Below, piece by piece: positions 64,000 through 64,000 of a DNA stretch of 64,000 nucleotides; the first letter of the stretch is position 1; every line of letters begins with the position of its first letter. The DNA lies in contig JAYGDX010000089.1 in the NCBI GenBank assembly GCA_046582655.1, forward strand, positions 34,229-98,228. The letters are read 5' to 3'. The stretch is from Candidatus Poribacteria bacterium. Lineage in GTDB: Bacteria > Poribacteria > WGA-4E > UBA9662. Under the pieces are notes generated by a model. That model searched no databases. It saw only the letters and a program-made list of their open reading frames with translations, and was not told where the DNA came from. The position numbers and the translations under genes were made by a program.

Positions 64000-64000
64000 G

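Overview
Bacterial chromosomal window with no rRNA, tRNA, CRISPR or phage genes visible. Its many secreted beta-propeller, Ig/FlgD, CRTAC1, FGE-sulfatase and PhyH proteins suggest a diderm such as Ca. Poribacteria or a PVC-like lineage (inference only). Housekeeping genes (nusB, rlmD, rpsU, rsmB, tgt, uvrC, mazG, aspS, a dnaJ paralog) alternate with sugar catabolism genes, envelope proteins, two IS remnants and four decaying pseudogenes. Main signals: (1) two genes that the ORF track splits at in-frame TGA codons lying exactly on catalytic Cys positions, i.e. probable selenoproteins. One is a tandem peroxiredoxin with two Sec codons (34099-35082). The other is a UxxC redoxin lipoprotein (11647-12735) heading a four-gene envelope redox module with a TlpA, a small lipoprotein with an RNR-like CxxGxC tail, and a probable outer-membrane barrel. 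(2) An ATP sulfurylase with plant/animal-type motifs. (3) An AAA+ ATPase with a permuted Ig-like insertion, absent from the ORF track. (4) Several unusual domain architectures. All assignments come from motif recognition by eye; no searches were run.
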